Shown here one piece after another: positions 48,189 through 57,200 of a DNA stretch of 64,000 nucleotides. The notes beneath the pieces are model-generated. The model had not been told where the DNA came from, searched no databases, and saw only the letters and a program-made list of their open reading frames with translations. Origin of the DNA: Flavobacteriales bacterium (GTDB taxonomy: Bacteria; Bacteroidota; Bacteroidia; Palsa-965); contig JBEIPA010000023.1 of the NCBI GenBank assembly GCA_040377305.1, positions 1 through 64,000 on the forward strand, given 5' to 3'. Within the stretch, counting starts at the first letter, position 1. Each line of letters opens with the position of its first letter. Made by a program: the position numbers and the translations under genes.

Positions 48189-48242
48189 CACTCTCCTAAA
48201 TTCTATCTCTGATAATTCCTTGAAAGCCATTCTAACTGCACG

Positions 48243-49649
48243 TCACTTGCTCACTGGCATATGAAGCGCAAATGCAACTACAGATTCAGAAGGTGGATTT
48301 GAAGTAAAAAAGTTTACCTTTTCACTCATCTGAACTTTCAATATACCATCCGTTGGGTTTAAATTCTGATTGGTGAAAAGTCCTGCCAGCCGTTGATCCA
48401 GAGATCCTGGCAGTCTACTGACTTTAAACATCAGTTCATTTATGTCGAATTCTGCTCTGGAAAAAATAATTGCAAGATTTTCCTGACTACAGTTTGCGCA
48501 GATTTTCATACTAACGCCATTCCCACTTGCCGGATCCTGATGTGGCACTACAAAAGTATTAGTGAGATCTCGATCCATTAATGGATTTGTAACCTGACCC
48601 AACAAATCATTGAAAGGATAAACGGGCTCGCAGGTACCGTCATTATTTAAAGCAAAAACGTAAACATAACAGCTTGTCGTTATATGCATTCTAAAGAAAT
48701 CACCAGAATGCATTGGTGCTTCAAAATTGGTTGTTTTCACTTCGACTGGTTGAACATGACCGCTTACAAAATCATCATACTCCACGGTTAAACGCGATGC
48801 ACCGATGGTCAATGAAACTGGGACCACTTGACTGTTGGAATACTTCATAAGCTGAAAGCTTCCACTCAACGGGCAACTCAACGTAGATTTCCCAACTCTG
48901 ATTTGGTCAGACCCAACGTAGTAGTGAGTTGGCAAAGGTTGAATAGTGGTCGTTGTTTGAATTGGTAAGCTTACTGGAGCACTAATTCTGGTATTAACCG
49001 GGATAGGCAACTGAACAAGGCTGTTCCACGGTTTCATATGTAGTTGATTGGCGAATAAAGTATTAATACTCGCATTGAGTATACTGAGGTTTTCAAACTG
49101 GTTATGTTCATTCCATGTTTTAATGATATTGACAATCGCGAGCGTGACTTCGAAACCCATCTTGATCATTTCCGGATCAACTGGTCTTTGGTTAAGCTGG
49201 ATGCGATCTGTAACAGGTTTCAGGTTCGTCTCGTAAGCTTCAATAGCTCCTATATAACCAAACGCATATTTCTTTGCAAAATACGTAGAGGAGTCTACGG
49301 ACGATTTCATGCGTTTGAGAGAATCAAGGCAAAGCAGGTCAGCTTTAATCATGTCGACCCATGCATTAAATTTTTGTGAAGTGATTTCGTATCCATTCCT
49401 CAGGGCAAGCCTATCTTCTGCACTCACCTTGTCATTATTTCCAAACTCCGATATCTGTCTTTCTATTCCAGGTTTAAGTGTGTCTCTGTAACCCACAATT
49501 TTGGGTAAATTGTTAACGATAATGATAACGTCCTCAAACGTCACTTTTTTGCCAATAGGTTTTGCTTTGGCTGGATTTGTAAAACAAAAGATAACTCCCG
49601 AAATGACTATCGAAATAAGTAGGAGGAAAGTGGTTTGTTTGATTTTCAT
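48243..49649 (-). CDS. Exported protein with C-terminal DUF4384-like domain
   Basis: Signal peptide; helical N-terminal part; GDFFRMHI..CYVYVFALNNDGT..VYP..ENLAIIFSR pattern typical of DUF4384. Confidence 0.7.
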   Translation of the reverse strand: MKIKQTTFLLLISIVISGVIFCFTNPAKAKPIGKKVTFEDVIIIVNNLPKIVGYRDTLKPGIERQISEFGNNDKVSAEDRLALRNGYEITSQKFNAWVDMIKADLLCLDSLKRMKSSVDSSTYFAKKYAFGYIGAIEAYETNLKPVTDRIQLNQRPVDPEMIKMGFEVTLAIVNIIKTWNEHNQFENLSILNASINTLFANQLHMKPWNSLVQLPIPVNTRISAPVSLPIQTTTTIQPLPTHYYVGSDQIRVGKSTLSCPLSGSFQLMKYSNSQVVPVSLTIGASRLTVEYDDFVSGHVQPVEVKTTNFEAPMHSGDFFRMHITTSCYVYVFALNNDGTCEPVYPFNDLLGQVTNPLMDRDLTNTFVVPHQDPASGNGVSMKICANCSQENLAIIFSRAEFDINELMFKVSRLPGSLDQRLAGLFTNQNLNPTDGILKVQMSEKVNFFTSNPPSESVVAFALHMPVSK

Positions 49650-49654
49650 ACACT

Positions 49655-52162
49655 TTATTTTTTTGTGGGTAATACAAATAGGTTAATCGGATCGTATGAA
49701 TTTCTTCGTGATGATCCGGACTTCTGTTTTCGCGACGACAGGTAGAACACGCCATCCCGGCAATAAAAAGATAGTTCATCGGTATCAAGAATTTCATTTT
49801 TTCGGATAAAATCTGGAGAAAGAGTATCTCGTCCCGCAGAACTATGCGGTAGTTCTTTATTTCCAAACGCCATTAACAATGTCCGCGCTAAAATTCCATT
49901 TTGCAAGCCGGTATCATCAGCCGCGAGTTCATTGGATGAACATGAGGAAATAGTTAAACAGGATGGGTTAATATATCCCGTTGACACCATATTCTCCTGT
50001 ATTGCTGTTTTAATATCAACTTCTGCTGCTTTCGAGTTTAATGCCGTTCCCGAGAAACATGCATCCAAAAGTATAACGGAATTGCAGCCTTTTTGATTGA
50101 TCTCACTCAACAAACGATCGTACGTTATACCAGTCAACTCTGCGCTATTAGCAATGCAATCGTGGGTAATCATACAAAATGCAGACTTTCCTGTTACGGG
50201 ATCATACATTGGTTTACCATGTCCTGAAAAGAAAAAAACTATAACATCATTCGCTTCACATTCTAATTCCCGTATTGCTTTCAGGATACCATTGGTAGTA
50301 GCCTGCGAATCTGTCAGAAGAGTTGTATAAACGTTATCCCAAAGTCTTTGTCCAGATGGTAATAATTCCTGCCTTCCAAAGGCGCTGTCAATTTGCCATG
50401 CATCTTTACTTGCAAAACGTAAATCACGAAAACTATTATCTCGATATTGGTTGATACCTACTGAGATTACAAATAAATTTCGCGTGCTGTCTGGAGGTTG
50501 TAAAAAATGATTTCGTCTATAATCAATTTGCACTTGACGACTCTCTACTACATTGCCACTATTAAATGTAACCAACAACTTTAGTTTGTTCATGTTGGTT
50601 TGCAATTTAACAAAGGCATAAACATCCACATAACCTTCACCATTTAACGAACTCCAACTCAAGCTATCTCTAGTTTGATACTCAACTGTGAGCTTGCTGT
50701 TATCTATAGGTACAATTGCAACTGATTTTATTTCTTCAGTAGTGTATATCCGAGCGACCAGCGAAAATTCGGGTACATCACTCGTGGCAGTTAATGAAGA
50801 GGGATTTAGCCATTTAATCGTGGCGGTTTCGTGTTCAATTGTATTATTCGGTGCTAGGTGATCAAGTAGGTCTTGCTGATAAGTACCTGTAACGATAAAC
50901 TCAGGCAACGGATCCTCATTAATCTCAAACACTAGTTTAAGGTTAGTAGGTTCATCGGTCAATGGCACATCGATCTTCACGGTTTTTGAGCGTTTTACTT
51001 TCTTTCCCAATCGCGAATTGATCTGGCAGGGCTTATCATTAACCGATCCCGCAATATCTTCGTTCGCGTCGATATTATCAATTGTGCCGGTTATACTAAG
51101 TGTTTTTACGCCGCCTTCAATTGTAATGTATGTTGAATCCAAACTAAAAGAAGGACAGCCGGTATAACCTGCCTCATAATAAGGAAGAAGGGAGAAAAAA
51201 CTTCGATATGATTTTCCGCCAACAACGCAATTCATATGAAAAGCACAAGTATCGAACAAGTCATCGTCCATGATAAAATAGAAATTCTCCTGAATAGGGC
51301 TGAATTCAATTTTTGGCGCGAAACTCATGTGGTCACAACCAATCTCCCATTTTCCTAGAACATATCTCCCGTTGAAATTAAATGTTGGCGTGAAATATTT
51401 GTTAAAGTGCATGAAGCACCCTAGTGAAGATTGACTTGGGAGAAACGAAAAAAATAAAGGTTTGTTCTGATAAAATTTGACTTCAATTGAGTAAGTAGCA
51501 ACTTTTGCATTACGCCGAATGGCAAATGCTGGAGTACAATTGAATGGGCGCATAGTACGTTCAGAATAATTCAAATCGCAATTCCCATTCAACGTGTTGT
51601 AACCATCTAAAATAGTATCACGATAATCGGCCGAGATATGAACATTGATATCTGAAATGTTGTCATTGTTTAAGTCATAAAATATATCGTAATGACCCTC
51701 CGCTACGATTTCATTTACACCAAATAAGAATATCTTCTTTCCAAAAAGTTCTCGTGCTCCAGGACTCTCAGCCTTAATTGAGAGCTCAACTACGCTTTTG
51801 ATTGCATCTATTTTGTGATCCGTTGCTTTGTAATCAAAACTAAGAATAGTTTCTTCATTGATTTTATCAATTGACTTCGCCCTAGTTCCCCAGCGTCGAT
51901 CCCAGAATACCGGATGCCACGTGTTGCTATTGCTTATAACCCATTCTGAGGCAGACGTGTTGAGGTTTAACACAGCGCGATCATCATAGTGCAAGGCATA
52001 TGAGTTAGTGGAATCAAGAATACAACCCTTCGGCAAATATGAATCGTCTGAATTAACGATCGTCTTCTTTACCGAAGTCTTTATCTGGGAAGAATTGATT
52101 TGTGCATTGACAATGTTAACAAATACAAGTGCAAGCACGGTTGCTGCAGTTCGCATTCTCAT
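49655..52162 (-). CDS. Secreted caspase-family (peptidase C14) protein
   Basis: Signal peptide; FVISVGINQY..LRFASKDA, VFFFSGHG (catalytic His), ILLDACFSG (catalytic Cys); TATATTTG -7 box at 52188-52195. Confidence 0.9.
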   Translation of the reverse strand: MRMRTAATVLALVFVNIVNAQINSSQIKTSVKKTIVNSDDSYLPKGCILDSTNSYALHYDDRAVLNLNTSASEWVISNSNTWHPVFWDRRWGTRAKSIDKINEETILSFDYKATDHKIDAIKSVVELSIKAESPGARELFGKKIFLFGVNEIVAEGHYDIFYDLNNDNISDINVHISADYRDTILDGYNTLNGNCDLNYSERTMRPFNCTPAFAIRRNAKVATYSIEVKFYQNKPLFFSFLPSQSSLGCFMHFNKYFTPTFNFNGRYVLGKWEIGCDHMSFAPKIEFSPIQENFYFIMDDDLFDTCAFHMNCVVGGKSYRSFFSLLPYYEAGYTGCPSFSLDSTYITIEGGVKTLSITGTIDNIDANEDIAGSVNDKPCQINSRLGKKVKRSKTVKIDVPLTDEPTNLKLVFEINEDPLPEFIVTGTYQQDLLDHLAPNNTIEHETATIKWLNPSSLTATSDVPEFSLVARIYTTEEIKSVAIVPIDNSKLTVEYQTRDSLSWSSLNGEGYVDVYAFVKLQTNMNKLKLLVTFNSGNVVESRQVQIDYRRNHFLQPPDSTRNLFVISVGINQYRDNSFRDLRFASKDAWQIDSAFGRQELLPSGQRLWDNVYTTLLTDSQATTNGILKAIRELECEANDVIVFFFSGHGKPMYDPVTGKSAFCMITHDCIANSAELTGITYDRLLSEINQKGCNSVILLDACFSGTALNSKAAEVDIKTAIQENMVSTGYINPSCLTISSCSSNELAADDTGLQNGILARTLLMAFGNKELPHSSAGRDTLSPDFIRKNEILDTDELSFYCRDGVFYLSSRKQKSGSSRRNSYDPINLFVLPTKK

Positions 52163-52523
52163 AAGTGATGTTTGATTCAGGTGAATTCAAATATATAAAT
52201 AGAACTCATATTAATAACTCATCTACGCTTAATTTATTATGTTACCAAACTACTTGTCGAGTGAGACGATGTTAACGAGTCATAAAATCTTGTCACAATC
52301 AAGTTTCGTTTATAATAACGCGATCATCGATAGGTAGTTCGTCAATCTCAGTTAATAGCCAGGTATAAATATTGCTTTTCCGGTTCCTGAATTAGGCAGA
52401 TGCTCATGCCCGAGATAACTCAAGAAATGACGCGGAAGATTTTGACCAGATTCACTCCATCAAATATCAATGGCAAGTAGCAATCTGCTTAAGGTGTAAC
52501 TATTTTCCGATATTTACTCCACC

Positions 52524-53189
52524 ATGAAAATTACCCAACTCACCATGTCCGCTCCCGATCCGGCAGAACTAAAAAAGTTCTATTGGGCTGAACTCGGTTT
52601 CGATGAAATTGAAGCAGCCACCGATAGCGATGGATTTTCGTTTCAATGCGGACATACCCGTGTAAATTTCGTCCCTGGCGATCGCGATGCGAAGTATCAT
52701 TTTGCATTCAATATTCATCCCGATAAATTACCTGATGCAATTGAATGGCTGCAGGCCAAGAAAATTGAGTTGGTTCACAGTTCAGAACATAAAGGATTTC
52801 TCATCGATTTTCCGAACTGGTGGGCAAAGTCGGTTTACTTCTATGATGCCGCAGGAAATATTGTTGAGCTCATCGCGCGCGGTGGACTCGGTCCTGCAGG
52901 AAATACACCTAAGTTTTCTGCGCATTCCATTATTGGTGTAAGTGAAATCGGAATTGTGACTGAGGATGTGGCATACTTCCGCGAGTGGTTGAATATCACA
53001 CACGGAGTGCCGCCTTTTTCGCGTCAGCAAAACACGGATGACTTTTCTGCAATGGGCGACGATCACGGATTGTTGCTGCTCGTGAAGACTGGTCGTAAAT
53101 GGTTGATGGGAAATTTCGACTCGAAGCATTTTCCGCTGGCGATAGAAGGGACAACGGAGGGAAGAGAAGTGAAGTTGATTCTTCCTTAA
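52524..53189 (+). CDS. VOC/glyoxalase-family protein
   Basis: YHFAFNI, SVYFYDAAGNIVELIAR, SEIGIV, GDDHGLLLLV. Confidence 0.88.
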   Translation: MKITQLTMSAPDPAELKKFYWAELGFDEIEAATDSDGFSFQCGHTRVNFVPGDRDAKYHFAFNIHPDKLPDAIEWLQAKKIELVHSSEHKGFLIDFPNWWAKSVYFYDAAGNIVELIARGGLGPAGNTPKFSAHSIIGVSEIGIVTEDVAYFREWLNITHGVPPFSRQQNTDDFSAMGDDHGLLLLVKTGRKWLMGNFDSKHFPLAIEGTTEGREVKLILP

Positions 53190-53203
53190 AATTACTTTAC
53201 GGT

Positions 53204-53297
53204 AAGGGAATTGAGGTATTGGGGAATTAAGGGATTTGGGCTAAATGCATCACACCCAAATCCCTTAATTCCTTAATCCCCTAATCCCTAATTCCTT
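53204..53297. repeat. Inverted arms of GGGAATT/GGGATT microrepeats
   Basis: GAATTAAGGGATTTGGG / CCCAAATCCCTTAATTC perfect 17-bp IR plus further degenerate units. Confidence 0.8.
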
Positions 53298-53322
53298 ACA
53301 TTTGCCGCCTCAACCGTAACCC

Positions 53323-54891
53323 ATGAATAAGCTCATTCTATCTTTCCTTCTCGTCTTTTCTATTCTTCCTGCTATCGCCCAAACGGATATCGCAGAATCG
53401 GATGTAAAAACTGCTGACGATAATTTCAAATCAGAGAACTACGAAGAAGCACTCACGATTTACCTCGATCTATTGACGGAAGATCCGCGTAACATGCTTT
53501 ACAATTACCGGATCGGCGTTTGTTATCTGAACACGAACATCAATAAGGCGAAAGCAATTCCGTATCTCGAATTGGTTACACGTCAACCAAACTACGAACC
53601 GGATGCAATGTACCTGCTCGGACGTGCTTACCATTTCGCGTACCGTTTCAACGACGCCATTGAGGCTTACAACAAATTCAAGACTGCCGGAAAAGGAAAA
53701 GCTGAGAACCTTGCCGATGTCGATCGCGAAATTCAGAACTGTTACAACGCCGAACAGATTATGAAGTTCCAGTCGAACGTAACGTTTGAAAATCTCGGAA
53801 GCAGTATCAATTCTCCGTTCCCGGATTATTCTCCGTTCGTGCCTGCAGATGAATCTTTCATTGTGTACAACACCAAACGCAACGACAACGGCAATCTGCG
53901 CCAGAACGACGGATCGTATTTTTCTACAGTGAGTATTTCACGTGTGAATGACGGTGGATTTCTCAAGTCGAAAAATATCGGAGCGCCATTGAGCACAACA
54001 GATGGCAACGCAGAGTGCGCAGGCATGTCACCAAACGGCGATTACATGATACTGTATTATGATGACGCTGCAGGAACTGGAGATTTGTACTTATCTGAAA
54101 TGGATAAGGTAAAAGGATCTTACAAGCGTGCGGTTAAGCTCGATGAATCAATCAACTCGAAGTACTTTGAAATTGCCGCTACAATCACTAACGACGGCAG
54201 TGTTATTTATTTCGCGAGTAACCGTCCTGGCGGATACGGTGGCATGGATCTGTACATGTCGAAGCGTTTGCCTAACGGAAAATTCGGCCCAGCGGTGAAT
54301 CTCGGTCCCGGAGTGAACACGCCTTACGACGAAGATTATCCAAGTATTTCCGGTGATACAAAAACACTTTTCTTCAGTTCGAAAGGTCACACCAGCATGG
54401 GAGGCTACGACATATTCAAAGCTGCGTTCAATGCAGATTCATCCAAATTCAGCAGCGTAACGAACATGGGGTTTCCAATTAACACGCCAGAGGACAACAG
54501 CAACTTCCGTATTTCAGAGAATGGTCGTTTTGGTTATCTCGCTGCATTGCGTGATGATGGTTTAGGTGACATCGATATTTATCGCGTTACGTTTAACGAC
54601 GTTGTGCCAAACTACACTGTCATTCACGGACCGATCAAGTTTTCCAACGATGCGAGCAAGCCCGGTTACAATGAAGTCTTTATTACGGTGAACGAAACAA
54701 AGACCGGAGAATTGATGGGAACTTACATCCCGAATAGCAACACCGGCAATTACGTGATCATTCTGCCTCCCGGAAATTACAGCATGACGATTGAAGCGCC
54801 GGGCTGCGAAGTGGTGACACAAACGATTAACATTCTCGATAAGAGTTCTTTCAAGCCGGAGATTGAACAGGACATCTTGCTGAAAAACTAG
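53323..54891 (+). CDS. TPR + PD40 beta-propeller + CRD-like protein (PorE-like, no OmpA domain)
   Basis: Signal peptide, TPR helices, NLG..INS / YFASNRPGGYGGMDLY / FSSKGHTSMGGYDIF repeats, C-terminal NSNTGNYVIILPPG. Confidence 0.85.
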   Translation: MNKLILSFLLVFSILPAIAQTDIAESDVKTADDNFKSENYEEALTIYLDLLTEDPRNMLYNYRIGVCYLNTNINKAKAIPYLELVTRQPNYEPDAMYLLGRAYHFAYRFNDAIEAYNKFKTAGKGKAENLADVDREIQNCYNAEQIMKFQSNVTFENLGSSINSPFPDYSPFVPADESFIVYNTKRNDNGNLRQNDGSYFSTVSISRVNDGGFLKSKNIGAPLSTTDGNAECAGMSPNGDYMILYYDDAAGTGDLYLSEMDKVKGSYKRAVKLDESINSKYFEIAATITNDGSVIYFASNRPGGYGGMDLYMSKRLPNGKFGPAVNLGPGVNTPYDEDYPSISGDTKTLFFSSKGHTSMGGYDIFKAAFNADSSKFSSVTNMGFPINTPEDNSNFRISENGRFGYLAALRDDGLGDIDIYRVTFNDVVPNYTVIHGPIKFSNDASKPGYNEVFITVNETKTGELMGTYIPNSNTGNYVIILPPGNYSMTIEAPGCEVVTQTINILDKSSFKPEIEQDILLKN

Positions 54892-54899
54892 CACACGCT

Positions 54900-55023
54900 C
54901 AATTCGAGATTCGAAAATTTGAAGATTCGATATGAAGTCAAGAAAAAGCCTCTCCAGATTTGGAGAGGCTTTTCGTTTAACCAGTAACTATATTCGAATT
55001 TTAGAATCTTCAAATTTTCAAAT
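54900..55023. repeat. Inverted 8-mer ATTCGAAA/ATTTGAAG arms flanking a terminator
   Basis: aattcgagattcgaaaatttgaagattcga ... attcgaattttagaatcttcaaattttcaaat. Confidence 0.8.
54944..54973. terminator. Bidirectional Rho-independent terminator
   Basis: AAAAGCCTCTCCA-GATT-TGGAGAGGCTTTT. Confidence 0.85.
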
Positions 55024-55029
55024 GTCGTC

Positions 55030-56946
55030 TTAGTCTTCCGCGAGAACAATAATCTTGTCGACCTCTTTGTAAGCAACCTTCGCCGATTTCTTCGGATTCA
55101 CAACCACACCGTATGCCTTGTCAGCATTCTGAGCGTGTTCAACTACACGATATCCGATTGCCGTTTCTCCACGATTTGCTGCCGCTTCAATTACGGTGTA
55201 GAAATCAACTGGTTTGCCCACCTGAACGTAGTCTTTCATGTCACGAATGTAAATTTCAGATCCTTCAGAACGGAATAGATCTTTGAACACTTTCTCGAGA
55301 TGTTTGTTCTCCGATATCTGAGAGAGCAGGAGAGACACCAACTTGTCGCTCACAATAAAGTCGTCTGCCTTCGCGATCTCTGCAAGAGCTCTGTTACGCA
55401 CATCTCGCATTTCGCTGACAATGCTGAGGTTAACATCGTTCTGTTCTGCAATGTTGCGCAAGTGGAGGAGAGTAATCAATACTTCTGCATCAGCTTCCTG
55501 CACTGGCTTTTCGTTCGAGCAGAGAATAATAATGTGGTCGTATGATTTTACATCTACGCCATCCAAAATGTTACGTTCAGTAATAGCTGCGTTCAAATAG
55601 GTCAGCTTCTGTTTACTCAATCCTGCTTTCAAGGCGTTCGCTTCGGCTTCAGAAGTAGAAACGTCAGATACCACAAGAATCTCTGATCCCATACCAACGT
55701 AGTTATCCAACTCGTTGATGATCATCGAACCTTTTTCGTTCCAACCCAACACGATTGTCTTTTCTTTACCGGCAACAGCACGCTGACCATTACGGATGTT
55801 CGCCACATCAGCTTTAGGAGCAGCAGTTGTGCTTGGAATCAATGACTCATCGTCTTCCGTAATTGCAATGATCTGATCGCCTTTCTTAATTATTGTGTCC
55901 ATTGGTGGATTGATCATCACGGTACCATCGGCAGCCATAAAGCCCATCACAGCGGAATCTTCGTAAGCATCAATAACCTCACGGTACGTTTTCCCTGTGA
56001 GTTTTGTCTCTTCCTTAAAGTAGATTTCTGCACCGTCGAAGTCCATGAGCTCGGTGTAAACCACTGAAAGTCCGGACTGACGACAAGTTTGTGCCGTCAC
56101 ACGTGCAATCAGGTCAGAAGAGAGGATGAGAGAAGTTTCGTGTCCGCCAACCAATTCTCCGGCTTCCATATTCTTCTCTTCACGCAACTCTGCAACGATG
56201 TGGTAATCTTCCTTGTGGCGATCAGGGTTGTTCGTCAACGCAAGAATAGACTTGATTACGTATACATCCGGCTGATCAGCTTCTTCCGGAGAAACGATGA
56301 TAATTGATTTCGCTTCGTGCGGGTTAGCCACTTTCAGGTCATCAAGATCGAGTGGGCTACCAGTACGGCAAATCACTTTTGTGTTTTTTGTGTTCGGAAA
56401 CTTGGAACGGATTTCATCTTCCATTTCAACTTTATCGCGATCAGCCATAATTACAATGCGAGGCTTTTTCTTATTCTCATTCGCAATTAACAATTCAGAA
56501 ATGATCGTGAAAATTTTCGGAGACCATCCCAGAATGAGTGTGTGATTTGACTCGAGGACTTTTGACTTTCCTTTACGCATTTCATCAATTGCACCTTCCA
56601 TACCAGAAGTGATTGTACCGATAAGTGTAGAGACAATGAAAATACCTCCAACTGTAACCGTCAATGCAACCCCACGAATGATCCAGTCTGCGCCGGTAGT
56701 TTCGCCCGGAGCACCATCTCCGGCCATATTCCCCGCATCGAACGTACGCATTAGAGAATTCCATGCTGCCTCAACCCAACTGTCACTGCCATCATAAGAG
56801 GTGCCCGTAATAAATACAACCGTTCCGGCAACAAGTACGATTACAAGTGAAACAATAGCGAGCCATCCGATAATAGCAACTGGTCCAGAAGACAACGTGT
56901 TCTCAAACGAGTAACGCATCTTTTCTTTGAATGAAGGTCCTGACAT
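55030..56946 (-). CDS. CASTOR/POLLUX-related putative cation channel
   Basis: RYSFENTLS, pore region RTFDAGNMAGD, KGKSKVLESNHTLILGW, QTCRQSGLSVVYTELMDFDGAEIY, two RCK-like halves. Confidence 0.9.
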   Translation of the reverse strand: MSGPSFKEKMRYSFENTLSSGPVAIIGWLAIVSLVIVLVAGTVVFITGTSYDGSDSWVEAAWNSLMRTFDAGNMAGDGAPGETTGADWIIRGVALTVTVGGIFIVSTLIGTITSGMEGAIDEMRKGKSKVLESNHTLILGWSPKIFTIISELLIANENKKKPRIVIMADRDKVEMEDEIRSKFPNTKNTKVICRTGSPLDLDDLKVANPHEAKSIIIVSPEEADQPDVYVIKSILALTNNPDRHKEDYHIVAELREEKNMEAGELVGGHETSLILSSDLIARVTAQTCRQSGLSVVYTELMDFDGAEIYFKEETKLTGKTYREVIDAYEDSAVMGFMAADGTVMINPPMDTIIKKGDQIIAITEDDESLIPSTTAAPKADVANIRNGQRAVAGKEKTIVLGWNEKGSMIINELDNYVGMGSEILVVSDVSTSEAEANALKAGLSKQKLTYLNAAITERNILDGVDVKSYDHIIILCSNEKPVQEADAEVLITLLHLRNIAEQNDVNLSIVSEMRDVRNRALAEIAKADDFIVSDKLVSLLLSQISENKHLEKVFKDLFRSEGSEIYIRDMKDYVQVGKPVDFYTVIEAAANRGETAIGYRVVEHAQNADKAYGVVVNPKKSAKVAYKEVDKIIVLAED

Positions 56947-57127
56947 AGGGTATAGGGTTTAATTTGGGATTTTAATTGGGGTGGTGAAAATAGTCCGAAT
57001 TCCTCAACGAGGCAAAAATGATCGCTTAAAATTGATAGCTGATTGTGAAAGTCTTGTAAGGTTGGCGGTAGGGTAGCGTGATTTGAACAAGTTTCAGCAT
57101 CTCTGCATCTCCGCCAAACCAAGGGAC

Positions 57128-57200
57128 AAAAAAACGAAGAGCAACGCTTAACCCCAAAAGCGCTGCTCTTCTTGTGCATGTCCTGCCGGGCGGCAGAACA
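57128..57200 (-). ncRNA. Candidate ~70-nt small RNA / attenuator (two hairpins + U-tract)
   Basis: Minus-strand TATATTTG at 57204-57211, then a 5' stem, then GAAGAGCAGCGCTT/AAGCGTTGCTCTTC followed by T7. Confidence 0.45.

Noticed and set aside
52196-52523. Pseudogene or mobile-element end beside the caspase operon
   Set aside because: The frames I translated gave only short ORFs, and I saw no terminal repeat matching the other side of the islet.
18225-55023. CRISPR array interpretation of the microrepeats
   Set aside because: The units are 7-9 nt, degenerate and lack unique spacers; no cas genes are present.
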